From positions 292,105-349,176 of the forward strand of contig NW_005201286.1 in the NCBI RefSeq assembly GCF_000372725.1: 57,072 nucleotides of DNA. The letters are read 5' to 3'. The stretch is from Emiliania huxleyi CCMP1516. Taxonomy: Eukaryota. A program made the translations under genes and the position numbers. The notes below the pieces were generated by a model, which made no database searches, was not told where the DNA came from, and was given only the letters and a program-made list of their open reading frames with translations. This document shows positions 1-11,659 of the stretch, piece by piece; within the stretch, counting starts at the first letter, position 1; every line of letters begins with the position of its first letter.

Positions 1-1010
1 GTCGCTGCGCCGCCTGTCCGCGTGGGCGTTGGCTCCGGTGCGCGCGGCGGCGGGGGGAGGGGGGGGGGCAGGAGGAGGGTGGGAGGAGAGGGTGGGAGGG
101 GCGGTAGGAGGGGCGGTAGTCCGCGGGCCAGCGCTGCTCCCGGTGCCGCCGCCTCGCCGTCACGCCCCCCTCCTCCTCGGCGCAGGTGCGCGAGGAGCCG
201 GTGCATTCGGTGCGCCTCTCGCGCGCCTCGCAGCTGCCCGCCTTTTGGGACGGGTGAGACACTCGCCAGACATTGCCGAGACCCGTGCCCGCCTCTGTGG
301 GTCGAGAGTCGCCTCCGAGACCACTTGTGAGGAGGCCTCTACGAGGCACCCTCGAGAGAGATCGTGTCTCTCCTCCCACAAGCTCGCGCGCGCGCGGGCA
401 GGTGCGAGCAGTTCCCGTGCGGCTGCCTCCTCTCCCTCTCCAACGAGTCGGCGCCGCCCCTCCTCTACCGCGCCCTCGCCGCCCGCCTCGGAGGCGCCTC
501 CTCCGCAGCCTCGGCCGCCAGAGGGCCCCTTGCCTTGTCCGCTCAAGCGGCCGCCCCTCGCCACGGCCCCCAAGCTCACCGCCTCCACCACTCGCGCCCT
601 CCGCCCCTCACAGGCTCGCCGGCCCGCTTCCGGCTCGGCCACGCGACGCGGCTCTCCTCGCACCGCGACCCGGTCGCACGCGCCGCCGGAGCGACCCGCG
701 TGCCCGCCCTCGCCGCTCGCCGCTCCGCCTCCTCGCCGGTGGCGCAGAGCCCCGCCGCCCCGCCTCTCCGCCTCTGGCTCGGCGGCGCCCGCCGACACGT
801 CCCGCTGTCACGTCGGACATGCCTCCGCAGGTGAGGCTCTTTGAGGGGCGCGCGGAGGTGGCCGCCGCGCTGGAGTTTGCCGAGGAGCAGTGCGTCGCCG
901 AGCCGCGCGCCGGCGGAGGAGGCGGCGGCGCCGTCGCGAGGTGGAGGTTCGGCCAGCGGGCGAGGGCGAGGTGGGTGGGGTTCCGCAAGTGGCTGAGCGA
1001 GACGTTCTAG
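1..1010 (+). CDS. 3' part of a probable multi-exon hypothetical gene; last exon ~831-1010 (VRLFEGRAEVAAALEF...KWLSETF*)
   Basis: Several cag|gtg junctions (~185, ~401, ~830). The terminal segment is protein-like, ends at TAG 1008-1010 and is followed by T-rich sequence. No recognisable domain. Confidence 0.35.
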
Positions 1011-1287
1011 TGATCGCGCACCTTTTTCTTTTTGACGCAGCTCTTTCATGTTTCAAGAAACAGCCGCGCCGGGGCAAATATAAGTGGAGAGAGGAGAGTA
1101 CTTGGGCACATTCTCGAGTGAGCGCTGCGTTTTTCTTTTGCCCCTCAACCTCGGACAGCAATTCTGGAGAGGTGTCGGCGCGCCTGCTCTCCTCCCCGCC
1201 CGCTCCGCCCGCCGCCGCTGCCTCGGCCCTGTGGTTGCCGCTCCCGAGCGGCCCTCCCGTTCCCGCGTGCAGGCGTGCATCTCTTCC

Positions 1288-1691
1288 ATGCTCTCCCTGC
1301 TCGCTTGCTCCTCCACCGCGCTGACGCTCCCGCAAGGCACGGCCGCTCCCTCACCCCTCCCTTCGCCGCTTGCTCATGCGGACCGGCTCCCTCGCCCGCC
1401 CCGTCGCCGCGTGCTCCACCTCGCCCTTCTTCTCGGTCAGGCGACGCCGTCACGACGAGGCGCGCCGCCGTCGCCGGCGCCTTCACCACCGCCTTTGCTG
1501 CCGCCTCGCCGGCGCTGGCCGCCAATCCGATCTGGAAGCCCTACCCGAGGAAGCAGGGCCTCGCGAGCGACGTGCCAAAATCCGTGCAGAAGGGCTGCAA
1601 GGTGGACAAGCCGTGCTCGAAGGGCGCCGCTTTCCCGCTGTCCGACACGGACGCCGGCGCCCGCTACGCGTACCACATCAAGGCCAAGTGA
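1288..1691 (+). CDS. Small nuclear-encoded thylakoid-lumen protein (Tat substrate); exons 1288-1336 and 1441-1691
   Basis: A GC-AG intron at 1337-1440 gives MLSLLACSSTALTLPQGDAVTTRRAAVAGAFTTAFAAASPALA|ANPIWKPYPRK...CKVDKPC...HIKAK*. This has a signal-like N-terminus, twin Arg, a hydrophobic stretch and an A-L-A cleavage site. Confidence 0.65.
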
Positions 1692-2466
1692 GCCGCCCGA
1701 CGCGCCCTTGGCGCGGGCCCCGCTGCGTCCACCGCCGCTGCCAAGCACGGCACGCGGTTCTGGGATCACGGGCTCGCGCTCTGGGCGCACAAACGGGTTG
1801 AGTCTGCTTTCCCTTTTGCGCACTGCCCGCAGAGCCGCACTTTTCCCCTGCACTTTTGGGTGTGTATGATGGGTCGCCGGTGCGTCATGCTGTGTGGGGA
1901 GCGTAGCCGCGACAAATATGTGCTCATGAGAGAAATCTCGACAATAACGACAACCCCGCACACCCCACAGTCACACACGCGGTCGCGGAGAGTCGAGAGA
2001 GAGCCAACGCACAGGAGAACAGCCGCGCCAAGAGGTCGGCGCGGCGCGCGTATGCGGGGGCCGCCGGGGCTGAGCTAGGCTAGATGAGTCTGGCTCCAGA
2101 CTCGGGTGTGAGCTGTGATCCCCGGGTGCACACCTGACGCGTCTCGCACTGCCACACGGCACCTGCCTCGGCAGCACGCCACGCCCCTTGCCCCTTAGGC
2201 TCTTCGCTCTCTCGCAGACTCTCCTCACGCAATGCCATAGTACCTCAGCCAGCCCAGGATGGTGCCGCGCTGCAGCTCCCGCTCCTTCTCGGCTCTGCGC
2301 TCGAGGATGTGGCGCTCCTGGCAGCATGGGGAATATCACATGACGGGGGGGGGGCAGAGGCAGGAGCTCGACTCGCCGCTATGAGCCCGGCCCCTCCCCT
2401 CAGCAAGTGCTTGAAGGTGGTGTGAAGACAGGGAGGCGAGGGTGCGCACAGTCTCAGTGGTGTGTC

Positions 2467-3766
2467 TCAGTGCGCTGCCTGCCCTGCGACCACGACGAGG
2501 CGTGTAGAGAGCACGGGGGGCCGAACAGTCGCATCTACGAGACGCACCAGCAACGCCCGCCACTCCGACACCTCATTGCCCGACGCTGCGCCGCCCGCCG
2601 CTGCGCCGCCCACGGCGCCGCCCCCACTCTTGCGCATCTGCTGCGACACGCGCGTCGCCTCGCGCAGCGCCGTCGCCGTCGCCTCCCTCGCCTGCACCGT
2701 CGGCGCGCGGCTCGGATGGCGGTGGAATGCCGTCTCTCGGGCACTCCTTTCGACTACCAGATGGGCAGCCATCCGCATCTCGGAAGCCCTCACCCCCCGC
2801 TCGTACGCGTGCGCCGCGGCGCGCCGCGCGCGCTGCTCCAGGTAGAATCGGCCGAGCCGCTCGCGCAGCGGCGCGGCGACGCTGGCGCTGGCTCGGAACC
2901 AGTGCTCGCGCAGCACGACCCACGACCCGTCCGCGCCGACGGCGACGTCGAGCACTTCGCCAGCCGCGATGCTCGGCTCGCCTGGCGCGCTGCAGACCTT
3001 GTCGCCTCGGCGCGCAAGCTCGGCGGCGACCTCGCCTCCGAGGCCGGCCCACTGCGACCCCTGCGAGTCGGCAATGAAGTAGGCGCCTGGAGGAGGAAGA
3101 CCGGGACGCTTCAGGGAAGCTTCCGGCGCGCGGCGTCCGCGAGCCTATGAAGATGGCGCCGCCGGGCAGCAGCCGCACGACGCCGATGGTGCCCTTTGCG
3201 TCGTGCAGCTTCCGGATCCGCTTCTGCAAGCCGGCGGCGACGTGCTCGGCGCCGCAGAAGCCGTTGTGGCCTTGCAGGATGAGCCAGCGCCCCTCGTCCC
3301 CAAACGCCACGTGCAGCCTGCTCTCGGGCAACGCTGTCCACTTGCGCAGCTGCCTCGACGCCGCAAACGCCGAGTCCCACCACGAAAAGGTGGAGGTGCC
3401 GCCGGCATCAACGCCGTGCACGAACCACTCGCCCGCCGCGCCGAAGCTGACCTCGTTGACGTGGTGGTTCTTGGTGCGCATCTTCTCGAGCTTGGCTGCG
3501 AGGGCGGCGGGGACGCCGCCCTCGCTCCACGAGCGAGTCTGCCAGTGCGCCGCGCCGTCCGTCTCCTCCAGGAGCAGCAGGAAGTCCGCGCCCGTCCGCC
3601 CGAGGAGCAGCTTGACCATCGGGCCCGCACTAGACCCTTGACGGCCGAGCGACGGCGGCGCTGGCGGGCGGTCCTGCTGAGTGCGAGGCTTGGGGCTTGC
3701 GAGGAACGGATCGCCATGAGCTCCGTTGTTGGGAGCCTTGTCGTCAGTCCAGAGGTCGAAGACCAT
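2467..3766 (-). CDS. Hypothetical protein with repeated (V/F)xFG/VG-x-x-G-x-W beta-motifs; exons 3766-3160 and 3086-2467
   Basis: A GC-AG intron at 3159-3087 joins ORFs 2573..3766 and 2467..2955 in frame. Repeated motifs: VSFGAAGEWFV, VAFGDEGRWLI, VAVGADGSWVV. Confidence 0.6.
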
Positions 3767-4036
3767 GGTCGGAGAACGCGTGGCGGTTAACGACGTACGG
3801 GTTAACCCGTGAGCTGTTTACGACGAGGTGGTGCTGCTGCTGCGGTCCGTGGCGGCGCCGCGGTTCGTTCCGGAGCGCATTTTTCTTCCGGACTGCCGGA
3901 GCCGAGTTCAAAGTTTTCTTTCTTCTTCAACGCCGAAGCTCAAACGCTGGCAGGCCGCTCAGCTAGCTAGGGCTCGGCCGACCGTCGAATCTGGCGACTC
4001 ACGACGGCGGGCGGGCCACCGCCCCCACCCTTCACT

Positions 4037-5476
4037 CTACAGCCCCGGCGCCCACGCCTCGACCTTCTTGGGCAGCAGCTGGTTCGACAGGTCCTCTCCG
4101 TGGCCTAGGCAGCCGTGTTCGCCCTGGCCCCAGGCGAAGACAGCGCCGTCAGCGGTGATGGCGATGCTGTGGTCGATTCCCGCGGACACAGCGACGACGC
4201 GCCGCCCTTCCAGCGTCTCGACCTTCTTCGGCAGTAGCTGGTTCTGCTCGTCGCCGTGGCCCAGCTTGCCAAAGGTTCCCTGGCCCCAGCTCCAGACGGC
4301 GCCGTCGGTGGTGATGGCGAGGCTGTACGCGGTTCCAGCCGACACAGCGACCATGCGCTGGTCAGCCAACGCCTCCACCTTCTTCGGCAGCAGCTGGTCC
4401 TGCCGGTCGCCGTGGCCCAGCTGGCCATCCTCTCCTTCGCCCCAGCTCCAGACGCTGCCGTCGGCGGTGAGTGCGAGGCTGTTGCCGCCTGCAGCGCTGT
4501 GGCCGCCTCCAGCTGACACAGCGACGACGCGGTGGCCGGCAAAGGCCTCGACCTTCTTGGGCAGCAGCTGGATCTGCTGGTCGCCGTGGCCCAGCTGGCC
4601 CCACTCACCAAAGCCCCAGCTCCAGACAGCGCCATCGGCGGTGATTGCGAGGCTGTGGGCTGCTCCAGCCGACACAGCGACGACGCGGTGGCCAGGAAAG
4701 GCCTCGATCTTCTTGGGCAGCAGCTGGTTCTGCTCGTTGCCGTGGCCCAGCGGGCCACAGTCACCAAAGCCCCAGCTCCAGACAGAGCCGTTGGCGGTGA
4801 TGGCGAGACAGTGGTACGTTCCAGCCGACACAGCGACGACGCGCTGGCCAGCAAAGGCCTCGACCTTCTTTGGTTGCCACTGGTGCTGCCAGTCGCCGTG
4901 GCCCAACCGGCCAAAGCCTCCATCGCCCCAGCTCCAGACGGCGCCGTCGGCGGCGAGGGCCAGGCTGTGTTTGCGTCCCGCCGACACGCTCACGGCGCGC
5001 TCGCCGCCCAGGGAGGGGAGGAGGGTCGGCGTGTTGAGCTGCGTCACGCCCTCGCCGTGGCCGAGGAGGCATGGCTGCCCGCTCGCAGCCAAGCCGCACG
5101 ACGAGAGCCGCCCCTCGCCGTCGATGAAGACGCTGTGAGACTGGCCTGCCGCCGCCCTCGCCGGCGGGTTGGCCTCGCGCAGCAGCGCAGCGAAGCACAG
5201 CCACCGCACGGCGCAGTCCTCGCCCGCTGGCTGCGCCGGCAGCTCGAAGCCGCGCTCTTGCGCCCACAAGCGGATGGCCTCTACCGCGAGCGAGGCGTAA
5301 AAGAGCAGCGAGACGGCCGCGACGCGAGCGATGTCGGCGGGGTCGCAGCGAGAGAGGGCGCGCACGAGGAGCTCCGTCGGGAGGTCGAGGAGGCGGGCGG
5401 GCGGCGGCGTGTCTGGCGGGGGCGCGGCGGAGGCGGCGCCGGCGAGGCGGCGCGAGCGGCGCGGTGGGGTGGACAT
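4037..5476 (-). CDS. F-box-like N-terminus plus RCC1-repeat beta-propeller protein (~7 repeats)
   Basis: LLDLPTELLVRALSRC (F-box-like), then repeated VSAGxxHSLAxTADGAVWSWGxGxxGQLGHGD units. Intronless. Confidence 0.92.
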   Translation of the reverse strand: MSTPPRRSRRLAGAASAAPPPDTPPPARLLDLPTELLVRALSRCDPADIARVAAVSLLFYASLAVEAIRLWAQERGFELPAQPAGEDCAVRWLCFAALLREANPPARAAAGQSHSVFIDGEGRLSSCGLAASGQPCLLGHGEGVTQLNTPTLLPSLGGERAVSVSAGRKHSLALAADGAVWSWGDGGFGRLGHGDWQHQWQPKKVEAFAGQRVVAVSAGTYHCLAITANGSVWSWGFGDCGPLGHGNEQNQLLPKKIEAFPGHRVVAVSAGAAHSLAITADGAVWSWGFGEWGQLGHGDQQIQLLPKKVEAFAGHRVVAVSAGGGHSAAGGNSLALTADGSVWSWGEGEDGQLGHGDRQDQLLPKKVEALADQRMVAVSAGTAYSLAITTDGAVWSWGQGTFGKLGHGDEQNQLLPKKVETLEGRRVVAVSAGIDHSIAITADGAVFAWGQGEHGCLGHGEDLSNQLLPKKVEAWAPGL

Positions 5477-5779
5477 CGCGAGAAAAGAATTTCCAGCGTC
5501 CACAAAAGATTTTTCACTGCTTTTTCGTTGTCAGATATAGATATATTATCACGATGCATCCGAAGGGGACCCCAGCGCCGGCATCATCCGTAGAGGCACG
5601 AGTGTTCGAAGAGAGAGTGGACCTGAGCAACGATATGACCTGGAGGCAAATGATCGGAGTGGGAGTCAGAAATGTGGTCCTTGCGCGAGGGGAGCTCGAT
5701 AGACTCGAGGGGCCAGGATACGCCGCGAGGAGGACGGAGTTGCGCCGAAAGGCGAAAGAAAAGCCGCGAGAACAAGGGA

Positions 5780-5895
5780 CCGGCAGGCGGCGGCGTCGCA
5801 GGACGAGGCAGAAGAGAACGACGCGACAGAGGAGGAAATGACAAGGGAGAGAACGACGAGAGTGGGACGACCGCGAGGTGGCATGAAGGTTGCAG
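5780..5895. repeat. Dispersed repeat; a second copy lies in inverted orientation at ~54100-54206
   Basis: caggcggcggcgtcgcaggacgaggcagaagagaacgacgcgacagaggaggaaatgaca...gaacgacgagagtggg...gcatga aligns with the reverse complement of 54100-54206. Confidence 0.75.
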
Positions 5896-6270
5896 CGAGA
5901 AGCGGCGAGAGACTGCGAAGAGAGATAGGAAGAGGCAGACTCCCTAGGGTGGGCGACGGCTAGCGCATCACACCCCTCTCCTTAAAATCCCTGTGTGGTG
6001 GCGGCGTGCCGTCCTCCCATCCCTCCCTTGGGTTGCGTGTTTTCTTTCTTTCTTTTTACTGCTTTTTCGCTCACATACCTCATACGCCCGGCCCCTCGCC
6101 CTCACCGCGGACCGCGCACACCCTCCCGACACACAAAAGAGTTTTGCGAGAGAAAGGCGGCAGAAACACAAGAAATTGCAACAGTGCAGTGAGGAGTTCA
6201 GGCCTGGGCCCGAGCCCCTAGTGCCAAACAAATCTAACACTCACACGTCATTTGGGGCCTGGAGCCCTGT

Positions 6271-7100
6271 TCACGCGCGCGCGAGACGTGCAGACAGGGT
6301 TGCCAGGTGAGAGCGAATGGCGCGGTTCACGCCTCGCACAACAGAGAGAGAGATGCGCTCTGCATGGTGGGACATAAAAGAGAGCGAGTACTTGGGCGAG
6401 TAGGCCGTGCGGTCGACGCTGCCGCGCGCGACTTTGCGCGCGAGGCGGCGCAGCTTGAGAACGGCGGTGGGCGAGAAGCCGCCGCCGAACGTCTCGTGGA
6501 GCAGCAGGTTGAAGTTGTTGCGCTTGACAAAGATCGCGTCGTGGTAGAAACCGCGATGCGCCTTGACGTAGCCGTGGCCGGTCTTGTGGGAGAAGGGTTG
6601 GCCGGGCTGCCCGCGCGCCTTGCAGCCCATGTTTAGGCGGCGGGCCTTCTCTTCGGTGTTACCAAAGGCGTAGGAGTGGCCAACGGAGGCGGGCGTGCCG
6701 CCACTCGAGGCGTTGCCAACGCCCGGCGAGGAGGTCTTGAGGAGGGGCGTCCAGAGCTTGACTTCATTCACGTCATCGCACCCTCCTGGGCCAGCGTGGG
6801 GTTCCGCGAGGTCGACCTTGTACCCCTCGTTGTACTGCCGGGTGAGCTCTGGTTTCTCCTTGTCGCCGTGCACGACCGGCGCGTTGGCCGGGGCGCGCAT
6901 CGCGTCCGCCCAGGCGGCGAGGACGCCGTCGTGGGGCCGCCGGTGGTGGGCCTTGTTGTAAAGGTAGTCGCCGAAGAAATCGACTGGCATGCCCCGCTCG
7001 AGCGCGACCCGAAGGGTGGGAAGCGCCGCGGAGAGCCAAAGGCCGAGCTTTCGCTGGAGCTCGTCCTGGAGGGTGTCGGAGGAGAGGGCGGTGGCGTACG
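6271..7100 (-). mobile_element. 5'-truncated CRE/SLACS-like non-LTR retrotransposon (restriction-like endonuclease C-terminus only)
   Basis: RPHD...VD...EVK...HETFGGGFS...RISLSVVRG resembles the RHD / PD-(D/E)xK / ETFGG / RISxxxQRG motifs of RLE-type LINE C-termini. No RT domain upstream; the ORF runs into a (TC)n microsatellite at ~7100. An A-rich tail candidate lies at ~6040-6066. Confidence 0.6.
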
Positions 7101-7723
7101 TCTCTCTCTCTCTAGTGCCTAGAGCGACAAGACAGTTGTTGTTGTTTTTACAGTTGTTTGGTATTGCTAAAAATACACACACACAAGACATCGCAGAGGG
7201 CGGTGAAGCGCGGTGGGGGGCCGAAGACGAAGAGAACGAGGCTGAGAGAAACTCCGCGATTTTTTTGTCCGCGAAAGGACACCCCGAAAAAAATCGAACG
7301 GCTCGGAGGACCCCACCGTCGCCCCCTGCGCCTTCCGTCACGTCTTCTTCTTCACAACGTGCCTCCCCGTCTTTGTTAGCTATTGTTGGCAAAACAAGAC
7401 ACAGAGCTCACACAGAATCACTTTGTAGTGGTGTTTGAGCCTCTATGAGAGTTAGGTTAGGTAGGAAGGTGAGAACAGGAGGAGTCTCTCAGTCTCTCAA
7501 CGGCGCAAAGATAAAAAAAAATGGTCAGCACTCCCGCCACTTCGGCTTATCTGTGTTTTCTTTCTTTCTTTCTTTCATAGTACTAGCACGCGCCAGTTCG
7601 CACCTGTGTCGAGTGCTGTGAGAGAGAGTTGTCTTGTTTAAATTCTTTCTTTCGGCGCGAAAGCACGGGCTCAGCATCCCGCGAAAACTTCACCGCGAAG
7701 AATCGTGCGAAAGCATCGCGTCG

Positions 7724-9358
7724 ATGGAGCTGCAGCACCCTTCCGACCTCAGCGCGTACGAGCTCGAGCGGCTCGACAACATCAAGCGCAACGCGGCCGT
7801 GCTTGCCTCGCTTGGCCTGGCCGACGGGAGTGGGCTCGGGAGCTCTCCAAGCGCTCGGCCGATCAAGCGGCGCAAGCCAGCTCAGGTGAGGCCTCTGGCG
7901 GCGCCCGAGCGGCGCAGCTCGCGGCTCGTCGACGGCGCCAAGGCCCCAGACTTTTACATCGCAAACGAGACGGCGAGCGGCAGAGTCACGGTTGGCGGGG
8001 ACGCGAGGGCGCTCCAGCAGGCCACGCAAACCGCCACCGCCGCCGCTGGCGCAGATTCGATGGACCCGCTCACCCTGTTTGGGCTCGGCGCGATGCCCGA
8101 GGGGGAGGACGACCTGCTGGAGAGCGAGCGCGCCGCCTTCGCGAGCCTGCGCGACGCAAAGCGGGCCAAGGCGAGCGAGCTCGGCATCGAGGGCTACAAG
8201 ATCGCACAGCACCGCTCGCTGGCCGAGGTGGTGCGGCGGTGCCCGACGGAGGTCGAGGCACTCCGCGCTTGCTGGGGCTTTGGCGGCTCGGGCGTCCGCG
8301 TCGACAAGTACGGCGCGATGTTTCTGGAGGCGCTGATGCCACACGTCCCGCGGCTCCGGCGGGCCCACGCGGCTGCAAAGGCGGAGTACGAGGCGGCGGA
8401 GGAGGCGAAGGGGTCGGAAGAGGGGGAGGCGGGCGGCGACGGGGCGGAGGGCGGCGGCGGGGAGGCGGGGGAGGGGAGGGGAGGGGCCGACTCGGTGGCG
8501 GCGGCGGCGAGGCCGTTTGGGCAGATGCCCTCGAGCGCGAGCGAGCTGCTTCCGGGCGAGGCTGCCGTGTACGAGGCTTTAATTGGATTTCTTTAATCAA
8601 TTTAATCTTTAATTAATTTAGGCGAGGCTGCCGTGTACGAGGCGCTCATCGCCGCGACGCACGCCAGGGCGGAGGAGCTCGGCGAAGGCTACGTCTGGAG
8701 CATCGCACCGGCGCGGTCCGTGTGCGAGATGGTGCGGCGCGCGCCAGCGAGCATGGAGGAGCTGCGGTCCGTGTGGGGGTTTGGCGGAAAGGGGTTGCGC
8801 GCACAGCGGCATGGCGCGCCGCTCCTCGTGGGACGGCTTGCCCGGCGTGACACGGTTGGCTGAGCGTGAGGGGCAGCGGTAGGCGACTTCCTCCTAACGG
8901 CGCTGGCGCCGCACCTGCCATCGCTCCGGGCGCTGCACTCTGCGGCGGGCGTGGCGGCGGGCGAGGCGGCGGGCGAGGCGGCGGGCGAGGCGGCGGCGCA
9001 TTTGTCGGTCGCCGTCTCCGGCCCGGAGGTCTCGCGCCCTGAGAGGGAGGGCAGCTCCGTGGGGCAGCGCCGCGTGCGCGCGACACCGGAGGCGGCCTCC
9101 GGGCAGCGGGAGAGCAAGTGGCGGCGCGGCAACAAGCACGCGGCGAGCGCTTGGGACGCGGCGTTGTCGGCGATGCAGTCGGTCGACCCGGACGACGGCG
9201 AGGTGGCGGCGGTGGCGGCGGCGGCGGAGGAGGAGGAGGAGGGAGGCGCCCGCAAGGTGAGGGGGCGGGGCACACCGGGCTCAAAGCCCAGAGCGGTTGA
9301 CTGCGATTCGCGGCGGACGACGCGCGCGGCGAGCAAGAAGTGCAAGTCGAGGGTGTGA
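7724..9358 (+). CDS. Tandem HRDC-domain protein; exons 7724-8555, 8622-8813, 8883-9358
   Basis: N-terminal LSAYELERLDNIKRN motif. Two HRDC-like units (AFASLRDAKRAKASELGIEGYKIAQHRSLAEVVRRCPT...GFG...KYG and VYEALIAATHARAEELG...EMVRRAPASMEELRSVWGFG...RHG). GC-AG introns at 8556-8621 and 8814-8882 restore the frame. Confidence 0.78.
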
Positions 9359-10818
9359 CGACGCTCTCGGCGGCGGCGGAAGACCGGAGAGCTGCACGGT
9401 TACGGGGTACGTTCTTTTTGCGAGGCGGTATCGGGTGGATTGGGGTATAGTGTTCGTTGACGGCGCGCGGCGAGGTCTATGCTTGAGCGTGGGAGCCCGG
9501 CGCGGCCGGTGGAAACGCTGAGAAGTATGTTGGCTTTTAGTACATGGGTCACTAATACGGAAAAAAACTCGGACCCACGAAGACAAGGAGCGCGCGCCAA
9601 TGGCCGCCTCCGTGACACTCCCACCTCCTGTGGGCCGGCGCGGGAGTTTTACTGCCGAGTTTCTCCCGGCCGGCCGCCTCCTGACACGCCCACTGACCGA
9701 GCCCATCGAAAAAAATTCGGCGCGCCGCACTGCTCTGACCCCTGCTCGCCCCTGCTCGCCCCTGCTCGCCACTGTCGCCTCGGTTGCCGAGGCTGCCGCG
9801 CACCCGCGCGCTACGCGACTACGAACTGCACCAGCTGGGCTCGAACCAACGACCAAAACGTCCCCGACCCGAACGCTGCACCAACTAGGCCACACCGCAG
9901 GCTCGATATGCAATACGCACAAAACTGGCCGCTCATAAAGCACTACTCATTTGCCGAGGCACGCGGCGCCCCTCCACAGCCAGCCTACCCTCCTATCGCG
10001 CCACTCGAAGCCCCGCGGCCGCCTCTCGCCTACCGCGCTGCCCTCGCCTGCCACCGCACCGCCCGCGCTCCAGCCTAACCAGCTCTGCATCTCGCAACAC
10101 ACACTTGACAGGGACAGACCAGGCGCAGGAAAAGGGAGCGGGGCCCGAATCCAAGGGACCACCCCGTCGGGCGGAGGAGCTGTGAACTCAGGTCCAGCAG
10201 GAAGGCTGCTGGCTCCTGACTCATCCCCCAAATCCCCCACACCTTGGCGGCCTGAAACCTTACCATTCCGACACCTCACACACACCCCTCCCCTAGGGCT
10301 AAGCAGTGCGCGAGCCCACCCGACTTCAGGCGAGACGTTGACCACTCCTTTGGAACAGTTCTGTCAGTGGCTGCACTAGACGCCCACAGAGGCGCGCGGC
10401 GCGGGCAGATGACTAGGGGAGAAAAAGCGGAGAACCTAGCTCGCTGGGAGACGTGCGCAACCTAAAGACGGGAATAGGGGAGAAGTGTCAGTGTGAGGGG
10501 AGGGCGTAGGCTGGCGTTTTTGCCTTTGAAAACTGAACAGTTTTTTTTGGGTCACTAATACGTAATGGAGGTCCCCACATACGGTGGTTACCACCTTGAC
10601 CTTCGTACACAAATCTCAAATGGAAATACTGTCGCGCTTGTGAGGTGTTGAGCTTGAGGTGGCCGCGGCCGCGCGGGATGCAAGCTTCGCCATGCACGCG
10701 CCATGGGAAACGACGTGCATCACTCCCGGGTGCACAAACGCTGCGCACGGCCGCACCGAACGCCCAAAGGACTCGGGCCCGCCCGCTTGTATGTTCCCAC
10801 TGGCTTTCACCTCTCGCA

Positions 10819-11465
10819 TCATTCCATGGCGGAAATTGCTCCCGACGGCGCTGGCTGCGATGCGGCCGCGGTCGCTGGCAACACGCCCGCGGCGGGCTCG
10901 GGCGCAGCAGCCTCGTCGGTCGAGGACGGCAGCGAGCCAGGGGCGAGTGGCGCGGCGGGACTGCCGTCGACGCCTGCGGCGTGCCTGGGCTGGGTGGCTG
11001 GAGCGGGCGCCGCAAATGCAGGCGCAGCCCCCGCATCGCTCGAGCTCTGCCCCGGCTCGGAAGGGCGCGCCTCGCCCGGTTCGGTCCGCTGGCGCTTCGA
11101 CGCCTCCGCCTGCAGGGTGGGGCCGGCCTGTCTGGCGTGAGCGGGGTGCGGGCCAGCCCGGGCGCTTTGCCGGGCGCCGCTCGCGCCTGCGCGTCCTCGG
11201 CCGCGCACCGCTGCAGGTGGCTCTTGAGCGAGTCGGTGAAGCCTCTGAAGCCCAGCGTGTTGAGCACCGCAAGCAGATCCGCCTCAGTCACCGCGTCGCG
11301 GCCCTCGCGCGCCACGCGCTGCCGGGCCTCGCTGACGAGCAGGCTGAGGAACTCGCCGGTACAGACCTGGACCGCCTCGACGGCGTCCTCCGACAGGGCC
11401 GCCCGCGGCTCAGTGCTGATGGTGTGCGCCATGACGTGGCGCACGCCGCGGATGGGAAGAGACAT
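10819..11465 (-). CDS. Histone-fold protein of the NF-YB/Dr1/DPB4 (CBFD_NFYB_HMF) family; exons 11465-11187 and 11109-10819
   Basis: LPIRGVRHVM...LSEDAVEAVQVCTGEFLSLLVSEA...GRDAVTEADLLAVLNTLGF matches the NF-YB-type fold. GC-AG intron 11186-11110. Confidence 0.85.
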
Positions 11466-11659
11466 CGATGGCTCGGCGTTCTTCGAGACTCTTGTATTTT
11501 TTTGCGTTGGAGAGACTCTTTTCCGCATCTCTTGGCTGATTCTGACCTCACTCATCAGAGGGTCCCGGCTGAGCGCTGGGGGAGAGTGAGAGGATGAGAG
11601 TGTGCGCTGTAGAGATCCAAAAAAAGATAGGCTGCAGCGCTGGATGGAGAGCGCTGGAT

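Noticed and set aside
3796..3810. Palindrome ACGGGTTAACCCGT upstream of the 3766 start codon
   Set aside because: A single short palindrome; a regulatory role cannot be supported.
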